Positions 11,301 to 25,189 of a stretch of DNA of 64,000 bases are shown here, piece by piece. The position numbers and the translations under genes were made by a program. The stretch covers positions 234,548,001 through 234,612,000 of the forward strand of contig CM097885.1 in NCBI GenBank assembly GCA_044892525.1. Reading direction: 5' to 3'. Within the stretch, counting starts at the first letter, position 1. The number at the start of each line of letters is the position of its first letter. This stretch comes from Schmidtea polychroa. Taxonomy: Eukaryota. The notes under the pieces are model-generated. The model was not told the DNA's origin. It saw nothing but the letters and a program-made list of their open reading frames with translations, and made no database searches.

Positions 11301-14135
11301 TTTTCATTTAAAAATATTTTTTAGGCTTTTCAATTAAGACATATTACTTAAAATACAGTGATTGAATATTTTTTGAATTATTGTAAACCTAACTTTCGAA
11401 TAACTTAACTATTAAAAATACAGTTTTAATATGATATTCGATATTATTATTATTTACAAAATCTTTATAATAATATCAAATACAAAAAAATTCAAAAATT
11501 GAATTTTTATTAATATCTTCTAGCTTTATTAATATATTCTGGTCACCTTTTTACAATTTCAATAATTTCTTTGAATTTTTATTTAAAGCTTGTAGTAGGT
11601 AGAGTATTGACTTACTGTAGAGATTAAAAAATTTTAAATTACTTTTTTAAAAGTATGATGAAATAAAATTTAGAATTTAAAAATAACAAAAAAGAATTGT
11701 AATTCTTTTTACTTTTGTTATCATGTTAATAAAAATTATTACGGTTTGTTATTGTTGTTATGTAATTGTTTTGTTTTTTATTGTAATAAAATTATAATAA
11801 AGTCATAATATATTACCTACACAACATTCGCGCCAGCTGTCCAGAAAACGTTTTAAAGAAGACTCAGATGGCTCAACAGATTTGTTAACTAAATTTTTAT
11901 AATATAACAATTAAGAACCATACATACATTTTTATTGATTGTTTTATTAAAATAAAATGTAAATATTTATACTAAATGAATTAGCACCTGCACGTAAAGG
12001 AATATTTTTCAATAAAAAGTAATAAATATTTAGAGGTTTACATCTCGACTCAAAGTCGGTAGAATCATACATTTCCAATTATATTGAATATTTAACTTTT
12101 AAATACGCATAACATCAGATATTCAGAAAATTATAATCAGCTATTTTATTGAAACAATTAATTTTGAAACATGAAGTCAATTTTATTGAATTAAATTTAA
12201 TTTCATCAAATTTACATATTCAATAATATACTCAGAATTACTAAAATTTAATTTTTGTAAAACTCGTAAACTAAAAAATTGATATTTAAAAAAATTTAAA
12301 TAAAAATAAAAAACAGATATAGAAAATTAGGAATCTCAGATTAAATATTGCTAAAAGTTATAATTTTCCAGTTTATTTAAATATTAATGTAATTGAAATC
12401 GTTTGATTATACTTAAATTAAAATTTGTTGATACTTACCGAGTTATTCAGAAAATTATAATCAGCTATTTTATTGAAACAATAATTTTGAAACATGAAGT
12501 CAATTTTATTGAATTAAATTTAATTTCATCAAATTTACATATTCAATAATATACTCAGAATTACTAAAATTTAATTTTTGTAAAACTCGTAAACTAAAAA
12601 ATTGATATTTAAAAAAAATTTAAATAAAAATAAAAACAGATATAGAAAATTAGGAATCTCAGATTAAATATTGCTAAAAGTTATAATTTTCCAGTTTATT
12701 TAAATATTAATGTAATTGAAATCGTTTGATTATACTTAAATAAAATTTGTTGATACTTACCGAGTCTCATGTAAAAATTGTAATGTGACAATATGGAATT
12801 CATCGTAAATGTATTATATATGAGAAATGTGTTTATACAAGTCTCGATAAATATAAAAATTCTATAGAAATTCTACAAAACTTACAGTATTTTTATCATT
12901 AACCTGTATTAAAAAAGATATGAAACTTCATTAATAATTAATCCGTAAAGATAATTTAATAAGATAATTTTGTGGCCAATAGTAGCCTCAATAGTTCTTG
13001 AATGATGATTTTAACGGTAGTTACTAATGACTGTGTACCATTTGTAGATTAAAACAATTACCAAATAGATCATGTATATGTTGTGAATAATATAATCAAA
13101 TGATAGAATCTTGAAATTATGTCTCTAGAATTTGGTTATTTATTGTTTTCGATATATTTTTATTTCAATTTTTAATCATTTTTTGAAACTTATATCCCTA
13201 CATTTGATTTCTGAAATCTTCCAAATAGTGAATTGATACATTTTTAACAATTTCTTAAAAGATCAAATTATTTCTGTTTTTACGTGGATTGAATGTGATA
13301 GTCAAGGAAGGAAAAATAATTGTAATAATATAAAATTTACATAGTTCAAACATATTTACAAAAAAGATGTCACCAGAATAGATGATTTTATTTTAAATAA
13401 AAACTTTTCTTTTAATTATTAAAATAAAATCTGAACAATTGTAATATGTGATAACTAATATAAAAAATTCTAATTTAATAAATTCTAAATTTATAAATTT
13501 AAATAAAATAATTTAAAATTTTACCAAATGAAAAATAAATTAAATTTAAAAATATATAATAAAAATCTAAATTAAAAAAATCTTTAAATAAAGTTTTAAA
13601 AAAATATTTGTTTAAATAATAAACTAAAAGGTTGTATATAATTATTTTCAATTTGAATTGAACAATTGAATTGAAAATTAATGAATTTTTTCCTATTTTT
13701 TCATAAAAGCACTATGTTTATATCAAGAGAAAAAAATAATATATTTAAAACCAAATCGATTCTCGTTCGTCATCATCCACTTCATTTCTCCTCATGGTCG
13801 TGATAAAGATGTCATCTTCATATTTTGACTAAGAATCTATGATATATTAAATTAATCCTTGTTACTTGAGAATGAAACAAATAATTTCTTTTTTAGCCAT
13901 TTTAATATGGCTGTTTTTTTTGTTCAATATTTTTAGTAATAGGTTCCTTTCTTTTTTCTCAATTATTGTAAGAAAATCCTTTAAGGATAGTAGCTGAAAG
14001 ATAGTTTAATTCATATGATGCGGTATGTAAACGCTACTCATACATTCGTTTTACAATATATTTCGACAGTTTTTCTATCATCCTCAGGAAAAATAGAAAA
14101 ACTAAATAATTTAAGATTTTTGAACAATCACAGGG

Positions 14136-14223
14136 ATATCACAGAGATATCACAGAGATATCACAGAGATATCACAGAGATATCACAGAGATATCACAGA
14201 GATATCACAGAGATATCACAGAG
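14136..14223 (+). repeat. 11-bp minisatellite (ATATCACAGAG)x8
   Basis: 88 bp = 8 perfect copies, versus 3 in units 1 and 3. Confidence 0.95.
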
Positions 14224-15183
14224 ATTAATGGATTGTGCGAGCAAAGCGTTCTTAGTGATTTCTGAAATTTTACCTTCGGTGTGCATCATGTTGTTCGTCA
14301 TTAACCGCTTCTTTTCTGCTCTTGGTCGTGATAAAGATATCATCTACATATTTTTCGTAGGAATCTATGATATATTAATTATTCCTTGTTACTTGAAAAT
14401 GATACAAGTGTTTTCTTTTTTAGCCATTTTAATATGGCTGTTTTTCTGTTCAATATGTTTAAATAATAAGTTCCTTTCTTTTTTCTTAATCATTTTGTGG
14501 CAACTCTTTATGGAGATTAGCTGATAGATATTTTAATTCCTTTTAATGTGGTATAAAAACGCTACTCAAACATTTGTTTTACAATATATTTCGACAGTTT
14601 TTCTATCATCATCAGATAAAATAGAAAAACTAAATGAATTTACTAAGTTTCATTTTAAAAAAAAAATGAAAGAATTATCTTTTCTTCGACACAAATTTTA
14701 ATAAAACAAATATCTAATTCCTTTCTTTAAAGTTCAAAATATGTCGTCATGAGTCTTTTGAATATTGTTTCTTGTTTCGAATAATATTGTATTATCTAAA
14801 TATAAACCAATTTTGTTCGAGCTTATTTTTCAAAACATCATCCCAAGTTATTTGCTCGATCAACAATCTTATCATTCGAGTTATTTGTAATAAACCACCG
14901 ATATCTTCTAGATTTAAAATATTATCAACAATAAATTGTATATTTCCAAAATATACTAAATATTGGTTATTTTAATTCAACAAACATATTTCCATTAACT
15001 CGTATTCAAAACCTAAATAAATCGCTAATTTTTTTCTTGTTTCTATTATTATTTTATCATCTAAAAATAAGTCAATTTTGTCGAATAGTCGTGTCAATTG
15101 ATTTGATATTAAATTTTGATGTACTAATGTAATATTAGTTAACATGTTTTGTTCAAATCTTATATAGTCAATTTCTAATGGAT

Positions 15184-15837
15184 CTAATATCGTATCATCT
15201 CAAATTCTTGGAATGGAATATCAACACCATCTTCAGTCACAGTTAAATCTCGTAAAAATACATCGGAAATAAAAGATGTATACAGAGCTTTTTTGCGGAT
15301 ATTGGTCATAAAATTATCTTTAAATTTATCTTCAATAAAAGAACCAATTATCCTTTCAATAATTTCTTCATTTTTTTCATTAATTATCAATTTTCTAATT
15401 AAATGGTATATTTTTGTTAAATAATCTGATGCTGAATCGGTATTTTCAACGAGTATTTTAATTCCGAAAAAACTAGTATTCAAATAATCATTGAGCACAA
15501 TTATATATTTTTTAAAATTTGCAAAAGGAGAATTTCGATTACGTGCTTTGATACTATTTAATATATATTCCAAATCCACAGGTGTTTTTCTTATATATTT
15601 TATCAGTTTGCGGTTGATATTTCTAATACAGGATCTAAAACGAAGTTTATAAAATTCTTGTTTCAGATTAAATAATCTCATATAATCTATAAATAAATCC
15701 AATTCAAGTCTGTCAAGCGGGCAATGAGTATAATCATTTAACCAATGTAAGAAACAATTAGTACAAAACGAATGGTTACAGCCAGTAGTTATAAACAATT
15801 CAATAGCTAATTCATCGTAGCAAACAGTACATTCCAT
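15184..15837 (-). CDS. RING-finger protein, copy 2 (protein identical to copy 1)
   Basis: Same ORF in unit 2. Confidence 0.8.
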   Translation of the reverse strand: MECTVCYDELAIELFITTGCNHSFCTNCFLHWLNDYTHCPLDRLELDLFIDYMRLFNLKQEFYKLRFRSCIRNINRKLIKYIRKTPVDLEYILNSIKARNRNSPFANFKKYIIVLNDYLNTSFFGIKILVENTDSASDYLTKIYHLIRKLIINEKNEEIIERIIGSFIEDKFKDNFMTNIRKKALYTSFISDVFLRDLTVTEDGVDIPFQEFEMIRY

Positions 15838-18800
15838 TTTTATTTTTTCGATAATTTTCAATACTTATCAATTTTCTAACAAAATGGTATATTCTTGATA
15901 AATAATCATTTGCTGAATCCGTATTTTCTACGAGGAGTTTAATTTCAAAATACTAATCATTCAAATAATAATTGCGCTCAATTATATACTTTTTAACATT
16001 TGCAAACGGTGAATTTCTATTACGCGTGTTGATAGTATTTACTATATATTTCAAATCCAAAGTCGCTTATATTATATATTTAAGCAATTTACAGCTTAAA
16101 GTTTAATTACAACTTCTAAAGCATGATTTATAAAATTCATGTTTTAAATTAATTAATCTTATATTATATATAAATAAACCATTCTTCATTAATAAATCAA
16201 ATTCAATTCTGTCTAATGGACAATTAGAATGTCTTTCTAACCAACTTATTAAACAATTACTACAATAAACATGGTTACAACCAGTAGTTATAGTTGAATT
16301 TATTTTTTTTGCGGATATTATTCATGTAAATGTCTTTAAAATATAATTGGTCTTCAATAAAAGAAGTAATTATCTTTTGAATAACTAACTATTAGCTGAT
16401 AGATAGTTTAATTTCTATGATGTGGTATGTAAACGCTACTCATATATTCGTTTTACAATATATTTCGACAGTTTTTCTATCATCATCAGATAAAATAGAA
16501 AAACTAAAAGAATTTACTAAGTTTCATTCTTAAAAAGAATGAAAAAATTATCTTTTCTTCAACACAAATTTTAAGAAAACAAATATCTAATTCCTTTCTA
16601 TAAAGTGCAAAATATGTCGGCATGAGTCTTTTGTTGAAATTTATTAATAGAATTCATTTTATAATAATGATATAGTGCTTCTACCCAATAGACAATTTGG
16701 ATTTACCAATAACCAAGATAATAAACAACCACTGCAAAACTTATGATTGCAAAGATTTATTGTTACGGAATTATGAATATCATTATAATAAATTTTAATG
16801 AACAGAAAAATTGGTATCTAACGAATATTGTTCAAGGTTATAAAATCGATCAGAATGATGTCCTTACTCCAATTTGAAAAATTTCACAATTATTTTAATA
16901 TATGCTTAATGAATGTTAATAAATGTATTTAATTATATTTGTGTTTGTCTTTTCTTTCAAATAATAAAAATAATTTGTCAATTTTTAACAAAAAATTACA
17001 AAATGAACATTTTATAATTATAAAATACTTTTAATATAATATAATATAAATTAAAACATAATATATCTTTTATATAATATTTTAATATCAATTATAAAAT
17101 AATTTAATAAAAAGATTGACTATGAATCAGTAAATACTTTTTTATTTACTGATTCAATGTCAATCTTTTTAATAAATACAATAGTAATGGAAAATAAATC
17201 AATAGTGAAATTTGTAAGAAAAGTTCTTATAATATTATAAAATAATTCAAAATAAATAATGGTTAACTAAATAAATAATGTGTTAACTGAGGATTGACTT
17301 TCCAAACTTTTATCATCCGATAGAAGAAAAACAGTTTATAATTTTGACTGGCTTTGCAGATCAATTAACTACATTTGTAACATAGCAATTACAGGTGGTG
17401 CTTTACTGGGATTAACATTAAAAGGCGACGGTAATATTTCAAAGTATGTGCTTTCATTGGATATTGAATCAAATACTTCTACCGATGTTTTGAAAAAATC
17501 CAACATAATCGCCATCATTTCTTTGTTTTGATGAGCAAAATTTATTTAGTTCATCAATAAGTCATGCATAATTATTTCTCAATTGATTTTGAAAAGATGT
17601 AATTTAAGGATTACAACTTTCAGCAATCAGCTTATTTTCTCATGGAGTTTTAAATTCAAATTATTGAGATGGCCAGTCATGTCTACAAGAAAATATAAAT
17701 CTCAATACTAATTATCATCCGATAGATCGAATAAAATTAATGGTTTAATATAAACACACATTAACTGTTCCATTTTTAACACTTGCTTGTACAAACTCTC
17801 TTAATGAAATGATGCAATGAAATATGTACAACTGATCAATTTATATATTTCACCTTCACATAGTTTTGTATCATTCGCCATACTACGGTCACGATCAGTA
17901 GCAATTAAATATGAAGTTGATAGATCTAAATAATTTTCAACAAAACTATTTCAAAACGCATAAAATTATAATATTTTCAATATTTTTAAAATTTTAAAAT
18001 TTGCATAACATATGCATATTATATGACAATACATTATTTGATATGTCATAAAACGGAAATTTGTTTCTTTTTTATTCACTATATAGATTCCAATATTATA
18101 ACAGAATAAGGATTTTAATAATTTTTGAAAATATTTAAAAAATAATAATTAAAATGTGCAGAACAAAATACTAAGACTTTATATCATGTTTGAAAAAATC
18201 AAACTTTTTATCCATGTTTAAAAATTTGAAAAATAAAATAATGCAAATTATGATTAATAATATAAAATCAATTATATAATGTAATTATGCATACAAAAAA
18301 TTGTCCAGTGAAAATAACTTAAATAATTTAATGGATTCTGATTGGTTCAGAATGATTTGCAAGTTTCTGTATAAAATAGATGCAAAATAAAAAAATCATT
18401 TCTATAAAACGAAATAAAAGTGAGTTAATTTGCTACATACATAATCTTTCATAACTTTATTTTCTATAAATATATGTTTGAAAGGATGTTATCAAGTTAA
18501 GTTTTGATACTATCAGTTTAATTAGGAACCCTTTTAATACAAGTTATACATCACTGAATGTAATATTTAAGGATTACAATTACATATTCATTTAAAATAT
18601 ATATTTCTAATTTAAATTAATATTATGAAACTAATTACTAGGAAACCAACAACTTTAAAACAAATATTATATAATATACCAGTTGAAAAATTCAAGATAT
18701 CAATCGAAAAATATTTTTGAAAATATTTTTGGCAATCAATAATCAAATTCAAATAAATGTAAATGTATCATTTATGAATTGTGTAAAGGATAGTATTTGA

Positions 18801-21800
18801 TAAAGTTAATGAAATGAATAAGTGATTAGGATAAAATTCAAAGTTTAAAAAATTAAATCATTCTATTAAATTCATTTTGAAAAATTACTGAATCAAATAA
18901 TTATTTTAAATTAAAATTAATTTTATAAAATCTTAAACTTTCTTTAATTTATGTAATTATGCAAAGATAATTTTTTTTGAACTCTTATCATTATAAATTA
19001 AAAGTCGTATATTTGATTAATTATTTCATTTTTATTTAATTATTTAATTTGAAGTTTTTTTAAATTTACTGTTTATCTTTAAAAAATTAAATTTTAAATT
19101 TTATTATTTTCCATTTTTTAAATATAAATAAATTAATTTTCAGACAGTGATTTCAAAATGAAGTGCATTCCGTTATATATGCTCTGAAATGTATGAAATT
19201 ACAAATTAAAAACGAGTTTTTAAAAGAAAGTTACACATTAAAATTACATGATAATTAATACATTCATTTAAGTTAGATTGATACACACAATCCTCTTAAA
19301 AACGTAATCTTCTTAAATTACACATTATTTTTTAGGATAATTTTATAAGAAAGTTCAAAAAACAGTGCTATAATTCACGAATTAATTAAGTTTTATAAAA
19401 TACATTACCTTATTTAAAATCTATTCCCTTAATTTACTATTTCAATAAATATAACTATAATTTCTCAGTCGATATCTTTTCTTAAAAATAAACTACTTAT
19501 TTTAAATTATTTCCCTAATTTCAAATACTTTTTTTACTTAAATTTGATAAATACACATCTTTTTTAATCAGTCCATACAATTATTTTCCAACATAAAATT
19601 CCTGATACTTTATTTATCTATAAAAGATTATGCACAAAAATATGTGAAACTATAATGAAACCTATAGAAGTTATCGAGACTAAAATAATAAGGCTTATTA
19701 TTATTAAAGCTTATTAATCCAGAAAATTTACTCACAAAAATATTTAAATTTTTTTCATTCAGAATTTTAAACTTTTTAAAAATTACATAAACATTTTCAT
19801 TTAAAAATATTTTTTAGGCTTTTCAATTAAGACATATTACTTAAAATACAGTGATTGAATATTTTTTGAATTATTGTAAACCTAACTTTCGAATAACTTA
19901 ACTATTAAAAATACAGTTTTAATATGATATTCGATATTATTATTATTTACAAAATCTTTATAATAATATCAAATACAAAAAAATTCAAAAATTGAATTTT
20001 TATTAATATCTTCTAGCTTTATTAATATATTCTGGTCACCTTTTTACAATTTCAATAATTTCTTTGAATTTTTATTTAAAGCTTGTAGTAGGTAGAGTAT
20101 TGACTTACTGTAGAGATTAAAAAATTTTAAATTACTTTTTTAAAAGTATGATGAAATAAAATTTAGAATTTAAAAATAACAAAAAAGAATTGTAATTCTT
20201 TTTACTTTTGTTATCATGTTAATAAAAATTATTACGGTTTGTTATTGTTGTTATGTAATTGTTTTGTTTTTTATTGTAATAAAATTATAATAAAGTCATA
20301 ATATATTACCTACACAACATTCGCGCCAGCTGTCCAGAAAACGTTTTAAAGAAGACTCAGATGGCTCAACAGATTTGTTAACTACATTTTTATAATATAA
20401 CAATTAAGAACCATACATACATTTTTATTGATTGTTTTATTAAAATAAAATGTAAATATTTATACTAAATGAATTAGCACCTGCACGTAAAGGAATATTT
20501 TTCAATAAAAAGTAATAAATATTTAGAGGTTTACATCTCGACTCAAAGTCGGTAGAATCATACATTTCCAATTATATTGAATATTTAACTTTTAAATACG
20601 CTAAATATATTTTCATTTGATCAATATTTAAAAACTTAAAACATGAAATTAATTGAGTAAAGAAATCTGTTTACAATTTAAAAATATTGAATATTAAATT
20701 AAATAAAATTTTTTAATGAGAGAAACATTATATTAAATATATTTTTCAAAAACTTTCAAACTAAAATGCAATTAATAAATTTAACAAGTTTATGTTTTAT
20801 ATTAAATAAATAGTATAAATGGAACTGCAAAACTCTTTGAAATGAAGAGTAAAATAATATAATATTAATAAAAATTATAAATTATATATATTAAAATTGC
20901 TATTAAAAATGTTAAAAAATGTTATATAACATCAGATATTCAGAAAATTATAATCAGCTATTTTATTGAAACAATAATTTTGAAACATGAAGTCAATTTT
21001 ATTGAATTAAATTTAATTTCATCAAATTTACATATTCAATAATATACTCAGAATTACTAAAATTTAATTTTTGTAAAACTCGTAAACTAAAAAATTGATA
21101 TTTAAAAAAAATTTAAATAAAAATAAAAACAGATATAGAAAATTAGGAATCTCAGATTAAATATTGCTAAAAGTTATAATTTTCCAGTTTATTTAAATAT
21201 TAATGTAATTGAAATCGTTTGATTATACTTAAATAAAATTTGTTGATACTTACCGAGTCTCATGTAAAAATTGTAATGTGACAATATGGAATTCATCGTA
21301 AATGTATTATATATGAGAAATGTGTTTATACAAGTCTCGATAAATATAAAAATTCTATAGAAATTCTACAAAACTTACAGTATTTTTATCATTAACCTGT
21401 ATTAAAAAAGATATGAAACTTCATTAATAATTAATCCGTAAAGATAATTTAATAAGATAATTTTGTGGCCAATAGTAGCCTCAATAGTTCTTGAATGATG
21501 ATTTTAACGGTAGTTACTAATGACTGTGTACCATTTGTAGATTAAAACAATTACCAAATAGATCATGTATATGTTGTGAATAATATAATCAAATGATAGA
21601 ATCTTGAAATTATGTCTCTAGAATTTGGTTATTTATTGTTTTCGATATATTTTTATTTCAATTTTTAATCATTTTTTGAAACTTATATCCCTACATTTGA
21701 TTTCTGAAATCTTCCAAATAGTGAATTGATACATTTTTAACAATTTCTTAAAAGATCAAATTATTTCTGTTTTTACGTGGATTGAATGTGATAGTCAAGG

Positions 21801-23228
21801 AAGGAAAAATAATTGTAATAATATAAAATTTACATAGTTCAAACATATTTACAAAAAAGATGTCACCAGAATAGATGATTTTATTTTAAATAAAAACTTT
21901 TCTTTTAATTATTAAAATAAAATCTGAACAATTGTAATATGTGATAACTAATATAAAAAATTCTAATTTAATAAATTCTAAATTTATAAATTTAAATAAA
22001 ATAATTTAAAATTTTACCAAATGAAAAATAAATTAAATTTAAAAATATATAATAAAAATCTAAATTAAAAAAATCTTTAAATAAAGTTTTAAAAAAATAT
22101 TTGTTTAAATAATAAACTAAAAGGTTGTATATAATTATTTTCAATTTGAATTGAACAATTGAATTGAAAATTAATGAATTTTTTCCTATTTTTTCATAAA
22201 AGCACTATGTTTATATCAAGAGAAAAAAATAATATATTTAAAACCAAATCGATTCTCGTTCGTCATCATCCACTTCATTTCTCCTCATGGTCGTGATAAA
22301 GATGTCATCTTCATATTTTGACTAAGAATCTATGATATATTAAATTAATCCTTGTTACTTGAGAATGAAACAAATAATTTCTTTTTTAGCCATTTTAATA
22401 TGGCTGTTTTTTTTGTTCAATATTTTTAGTAATAGGTTCCTTTCTTTTTTCTCAATTATTGTAAGAAAATCCTTTAAGGATAGTAGCTGATAGATAGTTT
22501 AATTCATATGATGCGGTATGTAAACGCTACTCATACATTCGTTTTACAATATATTTCGACAGTTTTTCTATCATCCTCAGGAAAAATAGAAAAACTAAAT
22601 AATTTAAGATTTTTGAACAATCACAGGGATATCACAGAGATATCACAGAGATATCACAGAGATTAATGGATTGTGCGAGCAAAGCGTTCTTAGTGATTTC
22701 TGAAATTTTACCTTCGGTGTGCATCATGTTGTTCGTCATTATCCGCTTCTTTTCTGCTCTTGGTCGTGATAAAGATATCATCTACATATTTTTCGTAGGA
22801 ATCTATGATATATTAATTATTCCTTGTTACTTGAAAATGATACAAGTGTTTTCTTTTTTAGCCATTTTAATATGGCTGTTTTTCTGTTCAATATGTTTAA
22901 ATAATAAGTTCCTTTCTTTTTTCTTAATCATTTTGTGGCAACTCTTTATGGAGATTAGCTGATAGATATTTTAATTCCTTTTAATGTGGTATAAAAACGC
23001 TACTCAAACATTTGTTTTACAATATATTTCGACAGTTTTTCTATCATCATCAGATAAAATAGAAAAACTAAATGAATTTACTAAGTTTCATTTTAAAAAA
23101 AAATGAAAGAATTATCTTTTCTTCGACACAAATTTTAATAAAACAAATATCTAATTCCTTTCTTTAAAGTTCAAAATATGTCGTCATGAGTCTTTTGAAT
23201 ATTGTTTCTTGTTTCGAATAATATTGTA

Positions 23229-23582
23229 TTATCTAAATATAAACCAATTTTGTTCGAGCTTATTTTTCAAAACATCATCCCAAGTTATTTGCTCGATCAA
23301 CAATCTTATCATTGGAGTTATTTGTAATAAACCACCGATATCTTCTAGATTTATAATATTATCAACAATAAATTGTATATTTCCAAAATATACTAAATAT
23401 TGGTTATTATAATTCAACAAACATATTTCCATTAACTCGTATTCAAAACCTAAATAAATCGCTAATTTTTTTCTTGTTTCTATTATTATTTTATCATCTA
23501 AAAATAAGTCAATTTTGTCGAATAGTCGTGTCAATTGATTTGATATTAAATTTTGATGTACTAATGTAATATTAGTTAACAT
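23229..23582 (-). CDS. 117-aa ORF of unknown function, possibly the RING-less remnant of a fourth paralog
   Basis: Open only in unit 3; 6300-6653 and 14792-15145 carry a TAT>TAA stop. In units 1/2 the in-frame upstream reads LDPLEIDYIRF, similar to the post-RING LDRLELDLFIDYMRLF. Confidence 0.35.
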   Translation of the reverse strand: MLTNITLVHQNLISNQLTRLFDKIDLFLDDKIIIETRKKLAIYLGFEYELMEICLLNYNNQYLVYFGNIQFIVDNIINLEDIGGLLQITPMIRLLIEQITWDDVLKNKLEQNWFIFR

Positions 23583-23619
23583 GTTTTGTTAAATCTTATA
23601 TAGTCAATTTCTAATGGAT

Positions 23620-24273
23620 CTAATATCGTATCATCTCAAATTCTTGGAATGGAATATCAACACCATCTTCAGTCACAGTTAAATCTCGTAAAAATACATC
23701 GGAAATAAAAGATGTATAGAGAGCTTTTTTGGGGATATTGATCATAAAATTATCTTTAAATTTATCTTCAATAAAAGAACCAATTATCCTTTCAATAATT
23801 TCTTCATTTTTTTCATTAATTATCAATTTTCTAATTAAATGGTATATTTTTGTTAAATAATCTGATGCTGAATCGGTATTTTCAACGAGTATTTTAATTC
23901 CGAAAAAACTAGTATTCAAATAATCATTGAGCACAATTATATATTTTTTAAAATTTGCAAAAGGAGAATTTCGATTACGTGCTTTGATACTATTTAATAT
24001 ATATTCCAAATCCACAGGTGTTTTTCTTATATATTTTATCAGTTTGCGGTTGATATTTCTAATACATGATCTAAAACGAAGTTTATAAAATTCTTGTTTC
24101 AGATTAAATAATCTCATATAATCTATAAATAAATCCAATTCAAGTCTGTCAAGCGGGCAATGAGTATAATCATTTAACCAATGTAAGAAACAATTAGTAC
24201 AAAACGAATGGTTACAGCCAGTAGTTATAAACAATTCTATAGTTAATTCATCGTAGCAAACAGTACATTCCAT
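23620..24273 (-). CDS. RING-finger protein, copy 3a
   Basis: Intact ORF; differs from copy 1 by A>T, T>I, R>P. Confidence 0.8.
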   Translation of the reverse strand: MECTVCYDELTIELFITTGCNHSFCTNCFLHWLNDYTHCPLDRLELDLFIDYMRLFNLKQEFYKLRFRSCIRNINRKLIKYIRKTPVDLEYILNSIKARNRNSPFANFKKYIIVLNDYLNTSFFGIKILVENTDSASDYLTKIYHLIRKLIINEKNEEIIERIIGSFIEDKFKDNFMINIPKKALYTSFISDVFLRDLTVTEDGVDIPFQEFEMIRY

Positions 24274-24535
24274 TTTTATTTTTTCGATAATTTTCAATAC
24301 TTATCAATTTTCTAACAAAATGGTATATTCTTGATAAATAATCATTTGCTGAATCCGTATTTTCTACGAGGAGTTTAATTTCAAAATACTAATCATTCAA
24401 ATAATAATTGCGTTCAATTACATACAATTTTGTCGAATAGTCGTGTCAATTGATTTGATAATAAATTTTGATGTACTAATGTAATATTAGTTAACATGTT
24501 TTGTTCAAATCTTATATAGTCAATTTCTAATGGAT

Positions 24536-25189
24536 CTAATATCGTATCATCTCAAATTCTTGGAATGGAATATCAACACCATCTTCAGTCACAGATAAAT
24601 CTCGTAAAAATACATCTGAAATAAAAGATGTATACAGAGCTTTTTTGCGGATATTGGTCATAAAATTATCTTTAAATTTATCTTCAATAAAAGAACCAAT
24701 TATCCTTTCAATAATTTCTTCATTTTTTTCATTAATTATCAATTTTCTAATTAAATAGTATATTTTTGTTAAATAATCTGATGCTGAATCGGTATTTTCA
24801 ACGAGTATTTTAATTCCGAAAAAACTAGTATTCAAATAATCATTGAGCACAATTATATATTTTTTAAAATTTGCAAAAGGAGAATTTCGATTATTTGCTT
24901 TGATACTATTTAATATATATTCCAAATCCACAGGTGGTTTTCTTATATATTTTATCAGTTTGCGGTTGATATTTCTAATACAGGATCTAAAACGAAGTTT
25001 ATAAAATTCTTGTTTCAGATTAAATAATCTCATATAATCTATAAATAAATCCAATTCAAGTCTGTCAAGCGGGCAATGAGTATAATCATTTAACCAATGT
25101 AAGAAACAATTAGTACAAAACGAATGGTTACAGCCAGTAGTTATAAACAATTCTATAGTTAATTCATCGTAGCAAACAGTACATTCCAT
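24536..25189 (-). CDS. RING-finger protein, copy 3b
   Basis: Intact ORF; differs from copy 1 by A>T, T>P, R>N, H>Y, T>S. Confidence 0.8.
   Translation of the reverse strand: MECTVCYDELTIELFITTGCNHSFCTNCFLHWLNDYTHCPLDRLELDLFIDYMRLFNLKQEFYKLRFRSCIRNINRKLIKYIRKPPVDLEYILNSIKANNRNSPFANFKKYIIVLNDYLNTSFFGIKILVENTDSASDYLTKIYYLIRKLIINEKNEEIIERIIGSFIEDKFKDNFMTNIRKKALYTSFISDVFLRDLSVTEDGVDIPFQEFEMIRY

Noticed and set aside
14136..14223. CRISPR-like array
   Set aside because: Contiguous 11-bp repeats without spacers, in a eukaryotic context.
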